A stretch of DNA of 64,000 bases from Candidatus Eiseniibacteriota bacterium (GTDB lineage: Bacteria; Eisenbacteria; RBG-16-71-46; CAVPCR01), in NCBI GenBank assembly GCA_963702435.1, contig CAVPCR010000002.1, positions 480,001 to 544,000 of the forward strand, written 5' to 3'. Positions within the stretch are counted from its first letter, which is position 1. Each line of letters begins with the position of its first letter. The position numbers and the translations under genes were made by a program. Of the stretch, positions 52,069 through 63,566 are shown piece by piece. The notes under the pieces were generated by a model. The model searched no databases and was not told the origin of the DNA. It saw nothing but the letters and a program-made list of their open reading frames with translations.

Positions 52069-53042
52069 ACGGCCGGGCCCGGCCCCGTCCGCCCGGCGCC
52101 GGCGCGCAGCCGCGCACCGAGCCATGCGAGGCCGACGAGCGCTGCGATCTCGGCCCGGAGCCGCCGCGGGCCGAGGTCGAGGAGGCGGGCTCCGCCGGCC
52201 AGGAATCCGGCGATCTCCTCCTCGGTGAAGCCCCCTTCGGGGCCGATGACGAGAGCCTCGGCGCCTGCGGCCTCCGCGCCTGCGGCCTCGGCGCCTGCGG
52301 CCTCCGCGCCCGCGGCCACCGTCCCGGCGGCCTCCGTGCTTCCCGGGACGCCCGGCGCTGCGGACCAGAGACCCCGCGGCGCAGCACCCTCGCCCGCCGA
52401 GCGCGCCGGACCATGGGCGACCCACAGGCGAAAGCCCGCGGTCTCGCGGCCGAGATCCGCCGCTCGGATCGGGCCGCGCAGCACCGGCAGGCGGAGCCCG
52501 AGGGATTGCGCCGTCGCCATGCGCAGGAGCCGCTCGAGGCGTGCGCGGCGCCCGGCATCGAGCGCGTCCTGCGGCGCGGACCGCGCCGCCTGGACGAGAA
52601 GAATGCCGCGCACCCCGATCTGCGTGGCGCCGTCGATCGCCGCTTCGAGGCGGGCGGGCCGGATGAGCGCCTGGATGAGCCACGGGAGAGGAGGCTCGGG
52701 CGCAGCGAGGTGCTCCGTGATGAGCCGCGCCGGCCACCGATCCCCGCGCGGGGGGCGGTCGAGCTCGGCCTCGAACCAGCACCCGCTCCCGTCGAGGAGC
52801 TCGATGCGATCGCCCGCGCCGAGCCGCATCACGTTGCGTACGTGATGGACCTCCGCGGGATCGATCCAGAGGAGCGCGGAGTCCTCCTCGTCGCGAGCCG
52901 CCCAGTAGCGGCGGCGGCCCGCCGCGGCGTCCCTCCCGCGCGAGCGGCGCTCTGCCGGCGATGCGGCCCGGGGCTCGTCCCGGGATCCGGACTCGCCGCG
53001 AGACCCCGCGCCGCCTGTGGCGCCTCTAGACGCCCCACGCAT
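52065..53042 (-). CDS. rsmE: 16S rRNA m3U1498 methyltransferase
   Basis: HHVRNVMRL, IGPEGGF, LGPRRLRAEIA; start uncertain. Confidence 0.88.
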   Translation of the reverse strand: MRGASRGATGGAGSRGESGSRDEPRAASPAERRSRGRDAAAGRRRYWAARDEEDSALLWIDPAEVHHVRNVMRLGAGDRIELLDGSGCWFEAELDRPPRGDRWPARLITEHLAAPEPPLPWLIQALIRPARLEAAIDGATQIGVRGILLVQAARSAPQDALDAGRRARLERLLRMATAQSLGLRLPVLRGPIRAADLGRETAGFRLWVAHGPARSAGEGAAPRGLWSAAPGVPGSTEAAGTVAAGAEAAGAEAAGAEAAGAEALVIGPEGGFTEEEIAGFLAGGARLLDLGPRRLRAEIAALVGLAWLGARLRAGAGRTGPGPAV

Positions 53043-54165
53043 CGCGCACGCGCTCGAACCAGCCGGCACCCCTCTTCTCGCCAGGCGCCGGTGGCGGCGA
53101 CTCGATCTTCCGGAGCCTGGCGAGGAGCTTCTCCTCCTCGGCGCTCGGCCGCTCCGGGATCCACACCTGCACGCGGGCGAGGAGATCGCCCTTCTTCTTC
53201 TCGCGGAGCGCCGGCAAGCCGCGGCCCTTCAGGCGCAGGATCTTCCCCGACTGGATGCCGCGCGGCACATCGAGCGCGATCGGGCCGTCGAGCGTCGGGA
53301 TCTCGACGACTCCGCCGAGCACCGCCATCGTGTAGGAGACCGGCAGCTCCATGAGGAGATCGTTGCCGCGGCGCTGGAAGACCGGGTGCTCCTTCTCCTC
53401 GATGGCGACGATCACGTCTCCGGGCGCGCCGCCCCGCCGCCCGGCCTCCCCGAGTCCGCGGAGCTGCATGTACTGGCCGGCCGCGATGCCCGGCGGCAAT
53501 TCGACGGCGACGGTCTCCTCTCCCGGCTCGCGGCCCTCGCCGCCGCAGCTCGGGCAGGGATCGCGCATCAGTTCCCCCGCGCCTCCGCACTGCGGGCAGA
53601 CCGATACATTGATGAACTGGCCGAAGAAGGAGCGCGCGACCTGGCGCACCTCGCCGCGCCCGGCGCAGGTCGCGCAGCGCTCGAGGCGGCTCCCCTTCTG
53701 CGCCCCGGAGCCGTCGCAGGTCGCGCAGGGGACGAGCTTCCGGAGCTTGATCTGCTTCCTCACGCCGTGCGCGATCTCGTCGAGGTCGAGGGTGAGGCGC
53801 ACCTGGAGGTCGCTGCCCCGGCGGTCGTCGCCGCGCCGACCACCGCCACCGAAGAAATCGAACCCGCCGAAACCGCCGAAGTCTCGCATGAACATGCGGA
53901 GCGCTTCCGACAGGTCGAAGTCGGCCGGGCCGCCGGCCCCGCGCACGCCGGCATGTCCGAACTGGTCGTAGCGGGCGCGCTTCTCCGGATCGGTCAGCAC
54001 CTGATAGGCCTCGGTGGCCTCCTTGAACCGTCCCTCGGCCGCGTGGTCGTCCGGATTGCGATCGGGATGATTATCGAGGGCCAGCCGGCGGTAGGCGCGC
54101 TTGATGTCATCCACGGTGGCCGTGCGGGCCACGCCCAGGATCTCGTAGTAGTCACGCTGCGTCAT
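53026..54165 (-). CDS. dnaJ: chaperone DnaJ
   Basis: DYYEILG, HPD, four CxxCxGxG repeats. Confidence 0.97.
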   Translation of the reverse strand: MTQRDYYEILGVARTATVDDIKRAYRRLALDNHPDRNPDDHAAEGRFKEATEAYQVLTDPEKRARYDQFGHAGVRGAGGPADFDLSEALRMFMRDFGGFGGFDFFGGGGRRGDDRRGSDLQVRLTLDLDEIAHGVRKQIKLRKLVPCATCDGSGAQKGSRLERCATCAGRGEVRQVARSFFGQFINVSVCPQCGGAGELMRDPCPSCGGEGREPGEETVAVELPPGIAAGQYMQLRGLGEAGRRGGAPGDVIVAIEEKEHPVFQRRGNDLLMELPVSYTMAVLGGVVEIPTLDGPIALDVPRGIQSGKILRLKGRGLPALREKKKGDLLARVQVWIPERPSAEEEKLLARLRKIESPPPAPGEKRGAGWFERVRDAWGV

Positions 54166-54174
54166 GCTGGCTCC

Positions 54175-54870
<696 letters not shown>

Positions 54871-55018
54871 GGGCTCCTTCTTCCTCTCCGCAACGACCAT
54901 CGCCGGGACTTGGGGGCCTCAACGCGTAGCAACCGGCCGCCCCCGCTGTCAAGGCCCGGGTCCCCGGCGAGCGCGGCCCGCCGCTCGCAAATAACGACGC
55001 CTCGCCGCAACTTGTTCA

Positions 55019-56170
55019 TCAGGACACCCGCCGCCGATGATCCGCCGCCACCCGGCGATAGAGCACGCGCGTGCGCTCGACCCAGCGCTCGAGCGAGTAC
55101 TCGCCCTCGGCTCGGGTCCGGCCGGACGCCCCCATCGCGCGCGCCGCCTCGAGGTCGCGGACGAGCGGCGCGAGCGCGGTCGCGAGCGCCGCAGCATCGC
55201 CGGGCGGCACGAGCCGCCCGGTCACGCCGTCCCGGATCAGCTCGGGGATCACGCCGACCCGCGTCCCGACGACCGGGCGCGCCATGGCCATGCCTTCGAG
55301 CACCACGCGCGAGATGGCCTCGGAGCCGAGCGAGGCCACGACCAGCACATCGAGCGCGGCCAGCACGGGCCGCACATCCTCCCTGAATCCGAGCCAGTGG
55401 ACGCGCGCGCCGACGCCGGCGGCGGCCGCCGCGGCCCCGAGCTCGCGCGCCGTGAGCTCGGCGTCCTGCCCGGCCACGACGAGATGCGGATTGAGACCGG
55501 CCCGAGCGAGCGCGCCGAGCGCGCCAAGCGCGATCCGATGCCCCTTGACCGGGGAGAGGCGCGCCACCATGCCGAGCACCGGCTCGTGCTCCCCGATGCC
55601 GAGGGCCCGGCGGAGCTCGCTCCTCCTCTCATCGCCCACCGCCGGTCCGGGGGCGTAGCGAGCGAGATCCACCCCGGCGGGGATCACCGAGATCCTGCTC
55701 GCCGGGATGCCGAGCGTGCGCACGAGCTCGGCCCGCATGAACTCGCCGGGCACCACATGCGCGGCGGTGAGCCGTCGCTGCAGGAGGCCGCGGAGCGGAC
55801 CGCGGCGCGGCGGGCGAATGTCCCCGCGCGTGCGCACGACGGGTGGGCCGCCGGCGAGCGCGCTCGCCACCGCGGCGAGGAGCTGACCCTCGGCCCGATG
55901 CGCGTCGACCAGATCGAAGCGACGGATCTCGCGGAGGAGAGCCGGGAAGTCGCGGGCCGTCGCCAGCGGATTCGCGTTCGCGAAACGCACCGCGGTCCAC
56001 ACCGGGAGCCCGAGATCGCGCGCCGCCTCGTGCGGCGGACTTCCGGGGCTCGCCGCCACGACGACGTCCTCCCCCGAGTCCCGGAGCGCACGGGCCAGCT
56101 CGACGCCGTAGTAGGCGGTGGCATTCCACCAGCGCACGTCGACGATCTCGAGGATCCTCATCCGGCGCAT
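55019..56170 (-). CDS. glycosyltransferase family 4
   Basis: ARLSPVKGH, GFREDV, SEAISRVVLEGMA. Confidence 0.88.
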   Translation of the reverse strand: MRRMRILEIVDVRWWNATAYYGVELARALRDSGEDVVVAASPGSPPHEAARDLGLPVWTAVRFANANPLATARDFPALLREIRRFDLVDAHRAEGQLLAAVASALAGGPPVVRTRGDIRPPRRGPLRGLLQRRLTAAHVVPGEFMRAELVRTLGIPASRISVIPAGVDLARYAPGPAVGDERRSELRRALGIGEHEPVLGMVARLSPVKGHRIALGALGALARAGLNPHLVVAGQDAELTARELGAAAAAAGVGARVHWLGFREDVRPVLAALDVLVVASLGSEAISRVVLEGMAMARPVVGTRVGVIPELIRDGVTGRLVPPGDAAALATALAPLVRDLEAARAMGASGRTRAEGEYSLERWVERTRVLYRRVAADHRRRVS

Positions 56171-56290
56171 TCTAGCCGAGCTGCGGCCGCGGCGGGGATG
56201 CGGCGCCGCGGTCCCCACACGCCGGCGGAAGGAGGGAGTTGCCTCGCGGACCGGGCCCCGTCAAGATGGCGGGGCCGCGACCCGGTCACG

Positions 56291-57748
56291 ATGCGACACC
56301 CGATCCACGTCCTCTCCTCATATCGCGCCGCCGGGCGCCCGCGCCGCTCCGGCTGCCGGGCGGCCCTCTTCCTCGCCCTTGTCTTCCTCGCCCTCGCCTT
56401 CCTCGCCGCCTGCTCCCCCCGCGCGCGCGGTCCCGCGCTCCTCGACGACGCGGCGCTCTTGACCGCGCCCGATCGCGAGGTGCTGGCCGAGCGCCTCGCC
56501 CTTGTCACCGCCGGCCGCTATCTGGATGCGCACGCGCAGTGGTCGCGGCGGGCCTTGCTGGCTCCGGCACCGCCGGCGACGGCCCTGCCGGCCACCGGCG
56601 AAGAGGACTGGGGCCGCGAGATCCGAACGGCGAGCGCCGCGCTCGAGGAGCGCGGGGCGAACGAGCGCGGACTCGAGCGGCTGGCGCGCGCGTATGCCCG
56701 CGCCGGCTGGTACCGCGAGGCGCACGCGGTGCTCGGGCGGGCTGCCGCGCTCGGCCCGCTGTCCACGGCGGGAGAGGAGCTCTTGCGGACCAGCGCCACG
56801 CTGATCAGATTCGCCGCGGGAGCCGACTCGATCGTGGCCGCGGCGCGGGCCGGCGAGACCGGAGATACAGCGCGGGCGGCGGCGAGCGACATCAATGCGC
56901 TCGCCGACCGTCTCGGTCTCGGCAGCGAGGCGCTCCGCTCGCGCCGTCTGTATCTCGGCCTCCGCCCGCCGCCGCCCGGCGGCAGGGCGCGCGAAGTCGA
57001 GCTGTCCGTGATCGTGCACCACGAGGGACCCTTCCCGGTCAGCATTGCGACCGCGACCGTGACCGCGCGCCGCGCGATCCTCGACGACAACGCGCTCGCA
57101 CCCGCGGGCGGCGAGCGTCCGGACTGGGATCCCGGCTCGATCGCCCAGGTCGAGGACGCCACTCTCCTCGTCTATCACCATCGGAGCGATCTCCGCCGCG
57201 CCGCGGCGCGGCTCTTCCAGGACCTCGAGCGCCGCGGCGGGCGCCCGCCCGACGCCCCGGCCGACTCGACTCTCGGCGCCTTCGCCGCCGCGCTCCGCCT
57301 GCGCGCGGCCTCCCCCCTCTTCGATCGAGCCCGCGCGGCGGCCGCCGATCACGGCGAGGCGCGGCGCCAGTTCGCGATCGCCGTGATGAGCGCCCGCATG
57401 GCCCAGGTGGAGACCGCCGGCGCCCGTTTCTACCTCGACCATGCAGACGGCCTGGAATCGACGCCGGAAGCCGGGGCCCGCCGGCGGCTGGTCGCCGTGC
57501 TCCGGCACGCCCCCGTGCCCAGCCTCGCCCTGGCCGATGCCGCCGATCGCGCTGCGCACGCCGTCTCCCCGGCCGATGACGAGGCCGCGGCCGCCCGCGC
57601 CGTCGTTGAAAAACTACGCATCGCCGCAGTTATCAACGAGAGCAGCGGCGGCGCCGGCGATGCGTGGCGCACGCCGGGGGCCGGGATGGACACCCTCCTG
57701 CATCTGAGCGAGCAGCGGCTGCGCGTCCTCGCCGCCGGGATCGACTAG
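56291..57748 (+). CDS. hypothetical lipoprotein with TPR-like helices
   Basis: Hydrophobic stretch ending LAAC; LARAYARAGWYREA TPR-like segment. Confidence 0.6.
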   Translation: MRHPIHVLSSYRAAGRPRRSGCRAALFLALVFLALAFLAACSPRARGPALLDDAALLTAPDREVLAERLALVTAGRYLDAHAQWSRRALLAPAPPATALPATGEEDWGREIRTASAALEERGANERGLERLARAYARAGWYREAHAVLGRAAALGPLSTAGEELLRTSATLIRFAAGADSIVAAARAGETGDTARAAASDINALADRLGLGSEALRSRRLYLGLRPPPPGGRAREVELSVIVHHEGPFPVSIATATVTARRAILDDNALAPAGGERPDWDPGSIAQVEDATLLVYHHRSDLRRAAARLFQDLERRGGRPPDAPADSTLGAFAAALRLRAASPLFDRARAAAADHGEARRQFAIAVMSARMAQVETAGARFYLDHADGLESTPEAGARRRLVAVLRHAPVPSLALADAADRAAHAVSPADDEAAAARAVVEKLRIAAVINESSGGAGDAWRTPGAGMDTLLHLSEQRLRVLAAGID

Positions 57749-58866
57749 CCGGCCGGCTCCCCACCGGCGGCGAGGCGGCGGAAGCAGGCCTCGACGCGCT
57801 CGACCACCCGTGGATACCCGTGGTCCCGCTCGGCCAGGGCGCGCGCCGCCGCGCCCTGGCGGGCGCGGAGCGCCGGATCGGCCAGCAGCTCGCCGATCCG
57901 CGCCGCAAGAGCGGCCGCATCTCCCGGCGGAGTGAGGAATCCGGACACCCCGTCCTGCACGATGTCGGGGGTGTCGCCGACCGCGCTCGCGACGACCGGC
58001 CGGCCGGTGGCCATGGCCTCGAGGATCACGTTCGGGAACCCCTCGGCGAACGACGGCAGCACGACCAGGTCGGCGGCGGCGAGGAGCGCCGCTGTATCGG
58101 TGCGATGCCCGGCCAGGATCACGACCGATTCGAGGCCCTGGCGGGCGCGCTCGGCCTCGATCAGGGCGCGCTCCGCGCCGTCGCCGACGACCAGGTAGCG
58201 CGCGTCCGGAAAGCGCGACCGCAGCGCGGCCGCGGCGGCGAGCAGGATCGAATGCCCCTTCTGACCGGAGAGGCGCGCGAGATGGAGCACCACCTGCCCC
58301 GTCCCCGGCGCAGGAAGTCCCTGGATCTCGTCGCAAGCTGCGCGCAGCGGACGATGGGGAAAGGCCGCGAGATCGACGCCGTTCGGCACCACCTCGATCG
58401 GCACGCGCAGCCAGGCGAAGGCCGCGAGCCGCTCGGCGATCGAGCGGGCCGGGGTCAGGATCCCGTCGACGAGGTGGGCGTAGGTCCATCGGTAGCGCCA
58501 GTTGTCGGCCATGAGCGGCAGGCCCTTCCGGCAGAGGACGCGGGGGCCGGCCGCGCCGAGGCTCCGGGCGGCGAGGCCGCCAATGCGGACTTCCTTGTCG
58601 AACGTGGCGACGAGGAGGTCGGCCGCGAACGCACGCGCGAGCCCGCGCAGACGCCAGAAGGTGAATGGATCGAGGTCGCTCGCGAAGCGGACGGCGTGCC
58701 CGGGCACCCCCGCTGCGGCGGCCGCGGCGAGGAGGCGGCTCCCGGGGCGTGCGGCGATCGCCGTCGAGTGGCCGCGGCCGGCAAGCGCCTGCGCCATGTG
58801 CACGACCCACTTCTCACCGCCGCCCCACAGGGATCGGCGCGCGGAGGAGACGAAGAGAACGCGCAC
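57745..58866 (-). CDS. glycosyltransferase family 4
   Basis: WGGGEKW, RLSGQKGH, EGFPNVILEAMA. Confidence 0.9.
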   Translation of the reverse strand: MRVLFVSSARRSLWGGGEKWVVHMAQALAGRGHSTAIAARPGSRLLAAAAAAGVPGHAVRFASDLDPFTFWRLRGLARAFAADLLVATFDKEVRIGGLAARSLGAAGPRVLCRKGLPLMADNWRYRWTYAHLVDGILTPARSIAERLAAFAWLRVPIEVVPNGVDLAAFPHRPLRAACDEIQGLPAPGTGQVVLHLARLSGQKGHSILLAAAAALRSRFPDARYLVVGDGAERALIEAERARQGLESVVILAGHRTDTAALLAAADLVVLPSFAEGFPNVILEAMATGRPVVASAVGDTPDIVQDGVSGFLTPPGDAAALAARIGELLADPALRARQGAAARALAERDHGYPRVVERVEACFRRLAAGGEPAG

Positions 58867-59147
58867 GGCCGGGCCTCCGTCGAGGGCGGTGGCCGCCTGC
58901 CCGCGCCCTCCGCACCGTTCACTCAACGCGCGTTCCCCCCTCGCCACGGCCAGCGCCGCGCCCGGCGGCGCCCGCGGCCGCGCTCGCTCCCGGCCGGCAT
59001 CCGCCAGCCTCCCGCATGCTACAAGATCGCCCGGCCCGGCCGGGGCTTGAGAGACGCCCCCTCCCCCGCCATAATGCCGCCTGGGTGGGACCGGCGCGCC
59101 ACGATGCCGCGGCCGGTCCCGCGGCGGCGGGGGTGGAAGGAGGTCTT

Positions 59148-60302
59148 GTGGCCGACAAGCTCGGCGTCGGGGTGATCGGGGTCGGCTTCGGGGAGAAGAT
59201 CCACATCCCGGGCTTCCAGGAACACCCGCGCACCGAGGTCACGGCCGTCGCCGCCCGGCATGCCGGGCGCGCCGCCGATGTCGCCGAGGCCTTCGACATC
59301 CCCTTCGCCACCGACGACTACCACGAGCTCCTGGCTCGCCCGGACGTCGACCTCGTGTCCATCGCCACGCCGCCGCATCTGCACGCGCCGGTGGCGCTGG
59401 CGGCGATCGCCGCCGGGAAACCCTTTCTCATCGAGAAGCCGCTCGCGCACACGCTCGACGCCGCCCGGGAGATCGCCGACCGCGCCGCCGCCGCCCGCAT
59501 CCCCGGCATCATCGACTTCGAGTTCCGCTTCGTCCCCGCATGGATGCTCATGCACGACCTCCTCGGCGCGGGTTCGATCGGCCGCCTGCGCTATGTGTCG
59601 GTGTCGTGGCTCGTCGACATCCTGGCCGATCCCGATGGCCGCAGCTTCGGCTGGGCGAGCGAGAAGGAGGCCGGCGGCGGCATCCTCGGCGCGCTCGGTT
59701 CGCACGTCTTCGATTATCTTCAGTGGTTCCTCGGCGACGTCCGCGAAGCCCAGGGCTTCCTCGTGACCGCAATCGGCGAGCGCGCTCTCCCCGACTCGCG
59801 CCAGCGGGCCGCCGTGACCTCCGATGACGCCTTCGGTGCCCATCTGCGTCTTGCGAGCGGGCTCGTCGCCGCGGTCGAGGTCTGCGCGGTGGGATGGCAT
59901 CGCCGCGGCCATCGCATCACCGCTTACGGCGACGACGGGACCATAGAGCTCCGCCAGGAGTCCCCGGCCGACTACATCCACGACGCGGCGCTCTACGGCG
60001 GCCGCGCCGGCGATCCGGTGCTCGAGGAAATGGCGATCCCGGAGGAGATGGTCCTGCCGCGGGAGTTCCCCGACGGGCGACTGGCCCCGTTCATCCAGGT
60101 CGTGGACGCGCTGCTCCGCGCGGTGGACGGACAAGGGAGACCGGGCGACCCCGACCTCGCTGCCGGCCTCCGCGCCCAGTTGGTCATGGATGCCATGGCC
60201 CGCTCCCAGGTCCGCGGGGGGTGGATGGCGACGGGAGCCGGCAAGGGCGGCGCGACCGGCCGGCGGCGCCAGGCCCCGCCGGCGGGTGCCGGGGGAGCAT
60301 GA
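59148..60302 (+). CDS. Gfo/Idh/MocA family oxidoreductase
   Basis: GVIGVGFG, IATPPHLH, EKP, GGGILGALGSH.FD. Confidence 0.92.
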   Translation: MADKLGVGVIGVGFGEKIHIPGFQEHPRTEVTAVAARHAGRAADVAEAFDIPFATDDYHELLARPDVDLVSIATPPHLHAPVALAAIAAGKPFLIEKPLAHTLDAAREIADRAAAARIPGIIDFEFRFVPAWMLMHDLLGAGSIGRLRYVSVSWLVDILADPDGRSFGWASEKEAGGGILGALGSHVFDYLQWFLGDVREAQGFLVTAIGERALPDSRQRAAVTSDDAFGAHLRLASGLVAAVEVCAVGWHRRGHRITAYGDDGTIELRQESPADYIHDAALYGGRAGDPVLEEMAIPEEMVLPREFPDGRLAPFIQVVDALLRAVDGQGRPGDPDLAAGLRAQLVMDAMARSQVRGGWMATGAGKGGATGRRRQAPPAGAGGA

Positions 60303-60463
60303 CGGGGCCCCTCGACCGGGGTTGCCCCCCGGGTGGGCCGGGGTGGGCCCGGGTGGGCCGGGCGGCTTGCATGGAACCCCGGGGGACCGCTCCACGTCCT
60401 TACTAGCGACATGGAAACGAGCCAGAAGACGCTGGAGCCAGGCGGGATAACCCCGGTGATGCC

Positions 60464-62212
60464 ATGAGTACCCTACTCCACAGACTCCCCCTCCCGCTGC
60501 TGCTCGCCGCGGGGATCGCCCTGCCCGGGGCCGGTCGGGCCGCGCCGCCCCTCCTCGAGTGGCGCGACATCGATCCCGGAGAGCTCAAGACGACCTTCCT
60601 CAACGTGGAACGCCCGGTGACCGTGCACGTGACGGCCATCGGGACGGTCGGGACCAAGGAAGAGGAGCTCATCGCCTACCCGTGGATCCTCGACGCACAG
60701 ACGCGCAAGGTGACCTGGATCCTCGATCCGAAGATCGCGAAGCGCGACGCGCAGCCGAAGAAGAAGGCCGGCACCGTGCGCGTCAAGCAGGAGACCGACG
60801 TGCGCCTCACGCCCGGTCACTACGAGGTCTACTTCACGACCGTGGGCGACGCCCGTCGCATCGACATCTCGACCTGGTTCGGCTGGAACGTGGGCAAGAA
60901 GACCTCGGTACGGCAGATCGCCGCCCCCGAGCAGGACAGCTGGAGCCTCACCCTCGCCGCCGCTGACGCGGACCGCCCACAGATCAAGGTCGGCGATGCG
61001 GCCCGGCCCCGCTTCGAGCCGCTCCTGCGCATCGCCGAGCCCGAGCCCTCCGCCTCCGAACGGCTGCCGTTCCGCCTCGACGCCGCAGCGACGGTGGTCG
61101 TCTACGCGCTCGGCGAGTACGACGCCCGGAACCAGACCCTGGCCGACGGAACCTGGATCGAACGCGGGCCCGATCGCGAGATCGTGTGGCAGATGACGGA
61201 TGACAACACGAAGCCCGCGGGCGGGGCGGAGAAGAACCGGCTCTTCCGCGGCACCGTACCGCTGGCCGCCGGCACCTATGTGCTCTGCTATTCGAGCGAC
61301 GACTCGCACGGTCCCGGCGACTGGAACATGAATCCTCCGCACGATCCGGCCTTCTGGGGCGCCGCGCTGTTCGACCACCAGGGAGCGCGCGCCCACTTCA
61401 CCGCGGGAGGCGTCGACCCAAGCACGGTGAACCGCATCGTCGATCTCTCCCGCCAGCGCGATGACGCAATCAACGTGCGCGGCATCCGGGTCAAACGACC
61501 GATCGAGGTGCGGGTGGTCGCGATCGGCGAGAGCGCCGACGAGAAGACCTTCGCCGACCGCAGCTGGATCGAGCAGGCGCGCAGCCACCAGGTCGTGTGG
61601 AGCATGACCGGTGACAACACCGAGCCGGCCGGCGGCGCCGGCAAGAACCGCCTGGCCCGCGCTCTGGTGCCGCTTCCCGCCGGGGACTACCTCGTGTGCA
61701 ACGTGACCGACGACTCGCATGCCTACGGGTCGTGGAACGCAACCCCGCCGCGCGACCAGGAGGGTTGGGGCATCCAGGTGTGGGGCGCCGGCTCCGCCTT
61801 CGACCAGAAGTCGATCGAACCCTACGATGCGGATTCGGACCCGCTCGTCCTCGCCCAGCTCCTTCGCATCAAGGACGACTCGGACGCCGTCGAGAAGTTC
61901 GCGCTCGAGGGGAAGACCCGCGTGCGTATCCTGGCGGTCGGCGAGGGCACGCACGGCCAGATGTTCGACTACGGATGGCTCTCGCGGATGGACGGCACGG
62001 CCGAGAACGTGGTCTGGAAGATGCGCTACGCCGAGACCACGCACGCCGGCGGCAACGAGAAGAACCGCCGCCAGGTCACCGAGCTCGAGCTCGCGCCGGG
62101 CTCCTACCAGCTGCACTTCGTCACCGACGACTCGCATTCCTTCGAGGACTGGAACTCGGCGCCGCCCGACCAGCCCCACCTGTGGGGCGTCTCGGTGACC
62201 AGGCTCAAGTAG
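60464..62212 (+). CDS. secreted protein with four internal ~130-aa repeats
   Basis: Signal peptide; repeated AGG..KNR...L..G.Y....DDSH....WN..PP....WG. Confidence 0.8.
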   Translation: MSTLLHRLPLPLLLAAGIALPGAGRAAPPLLEWRDIDPGELKTTFLNVERPVTVHVTAIGTVGTKEEELIAYPWILDAQTRKVTWILDPKIAKRDAQPKKKAGTVRVKQETDVRLTPGHYEVYFTTVGDARRIDISTWFGWNVGKKTSVRQIAAPEQDSWSLTLAAADADRPQIKVGDAARPRFEPLLRIAEPEPSASERLPFRLDAAATVVVYALGEYDARNQTLADGTWIERGPDREIVWQMTDDNTKPAGGAEKNRLFRGTVPLAAGTYVLCYSSDDSHGPGDWNMNPPHDPAFWGAALFDHQGARAHFTAGGVDPSTVNRIVDLSRQRDDAINVRGIRVKRPIEVRVVAIGESADEKTFADRSWIEQARSHQVVWSMTGDNTEPAGGAGKNRLARALVPLPAGDYLVCNVTDDSHAYGSWNATPPRDQEGWGIQVWGAGSAFDQKSIEPYDADSDPLVLAQLLRIKDDSDAVEKFALEGKTRVRILAVGEGTHGQMFDYGWLSRMDGTAENVVWKMRYAETTHAGGNEKNRRQVTELELAPGSYQLHFVTDDSHSFEDWNSAPPDQPHLWGVSVTRLK

Positions 62213-63314
62213 CGCTCGCGTCCCCGCCCGCCCCCGCGCCGAGGATCGCGGTCGCCGCCGCGATGACCGCCGCCGGCTCGACCTCGCCGCCTGCCGCGTG
62301 CAGCACCCGGTCCCGCTCGCCGAGCGGGCGGTAGCGCGCCTGGTCCCCGATCCGGAACACGGTGACACAGGGCACGCCGAGCGCGGACGCGAGATGCATG
62401 GGCCCGCAGTCGCCCGAGATGAAGACATCGAGCGCGGTCAGGAGCGTCGCGAGCCCGCGGCTGTCGGTCGGCGGCGCGTAGAGCCGAAGCGGCCCGGGCG
62501 GCGCCATGGCGGTGAGGAGCGGTCGCTCGGCCGGTCCCGAGAAGACGAGGACCGCGATGCCGCGCGCGGCGAGACCCGCCGCCACCGCCTCGAAGCGCTC
62601 GATCCCCCAGCGCTTCTGCCGCCGCCCGCCGGGATGGAGGCCGGCGATGCGCGCTCCGGGCTCGACGCCGAGCCGGCGACGGAAGCGCGCCGCCAGCTCG
62701 GCGGCCCCCAGGGGCGGCAGGATCCGCGGGCGCGGCGCCGGGCCGATCCCGGGCGCGATCGCACGCAGCAGATCGTGGAGGAGCACCGATTCGTGCGTCG
62801 AGTCCGCCGCCGCGGGCGGCGGTGCGAGCAGGTTCAGGAAGGGCGTCGGCTCGGGGCGCGCGTAGCCCAGCCGGTAGGGAGCGCCGCTCGCCCAGGTCAG
62901 GAGCCCGTTCAGGAAGCTCGCCGCGTGGTGGGGGGCGGCGTCGATCGCGAGCTCCGGCGCGGCGCGCCGTAGTTTCTTGCGCAGTCTCACCATTTCCAGC
63001 GGGGAGCGCAGGAGCCGCCGGTGATCGAGCGCGAGGATCGCGTCGATCGCCGGATGGCCGGCGAGCACGGCGGCGAAGCCGGCCGGCGCGACCACCGTGA
63101 CGATCGCCCGCGGCGCCGCGCGCCGGAGCCCCTGGAGTAGCGAGGTCAGGAGGACGAGGTTCCCGAGCCGCCGGTCCTGGCGCACGACGAGGATCCGCTC
63201 GAGCCGGGCGAGATCGATCTCTTCGGGACTACGCGGCGGCTCGGCGGCGGCGCGGGCCGCGGCGGCCAGGCCGAGTCGCTTGAGTGCGCGCTCGCCGCGC
63301 TTCAGCGCCTGCAA
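62205..63314 (-). CDS. glycosyltransferase family 9 (heptosyltransferase-like)
   Basis: RLGNLVL, HPGG...KRW, DCGPMHLASALG; start uncertain. Confidence 0.88.
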   Translation of the reverse strand: MQALKRGERALKRLGLAAAARAAAEPPRSPEEIDLARLERILVVRQDRRLGNLVLLTSLLQGLRRAAPRAIVTVVAPAGFAAVLAGHPAIDAILALDHRRLLRSPLEMVRLRKKLRRAAPELAIDAAPHHAASFLNGLLTWASGAPYRLGYARPEPTPFLNLLAPPPAAADSTHESVLLHDLLRAIAPGIGPAPRPRILPPLGAAELAARFRRRLGVEPGARIAGLHPGGRRQKRWGIERFEAVAAGLAARGIAVLVFSGPAERPLLTAMAPPGPLRLYAPPTDSRGLATLLTALDVFISGDCGPMHLASALGVPCVTVFRIGDQARYRPLGERDRVLHAAGGEVEPAAVIAAATAILGAGAGGDASAT

Positions 63315-63566
63315 TCGATCCCTCCCCTGCCGCCGGCCTCCGCCCCGGAGCGGAGCACGAGCCGGGATCCGGTTGGCACGCTTCTCGCCTTCGAGTGACG
63401 CGTGCCCCCGGCGAGCGCCGGCGCGCCGTCCCGAGCACCAGTCGCCGGCACAAGTTACCACGATCCCCGGCCGCCCGCTGACGGAACGGACCGGCCAGAT
63501 CGTGCATTGTGCACGGAGGCGGCGGCAAAACGCATCGCCGCGCTCCGGCCCGGCCGCGGAGGCAGG

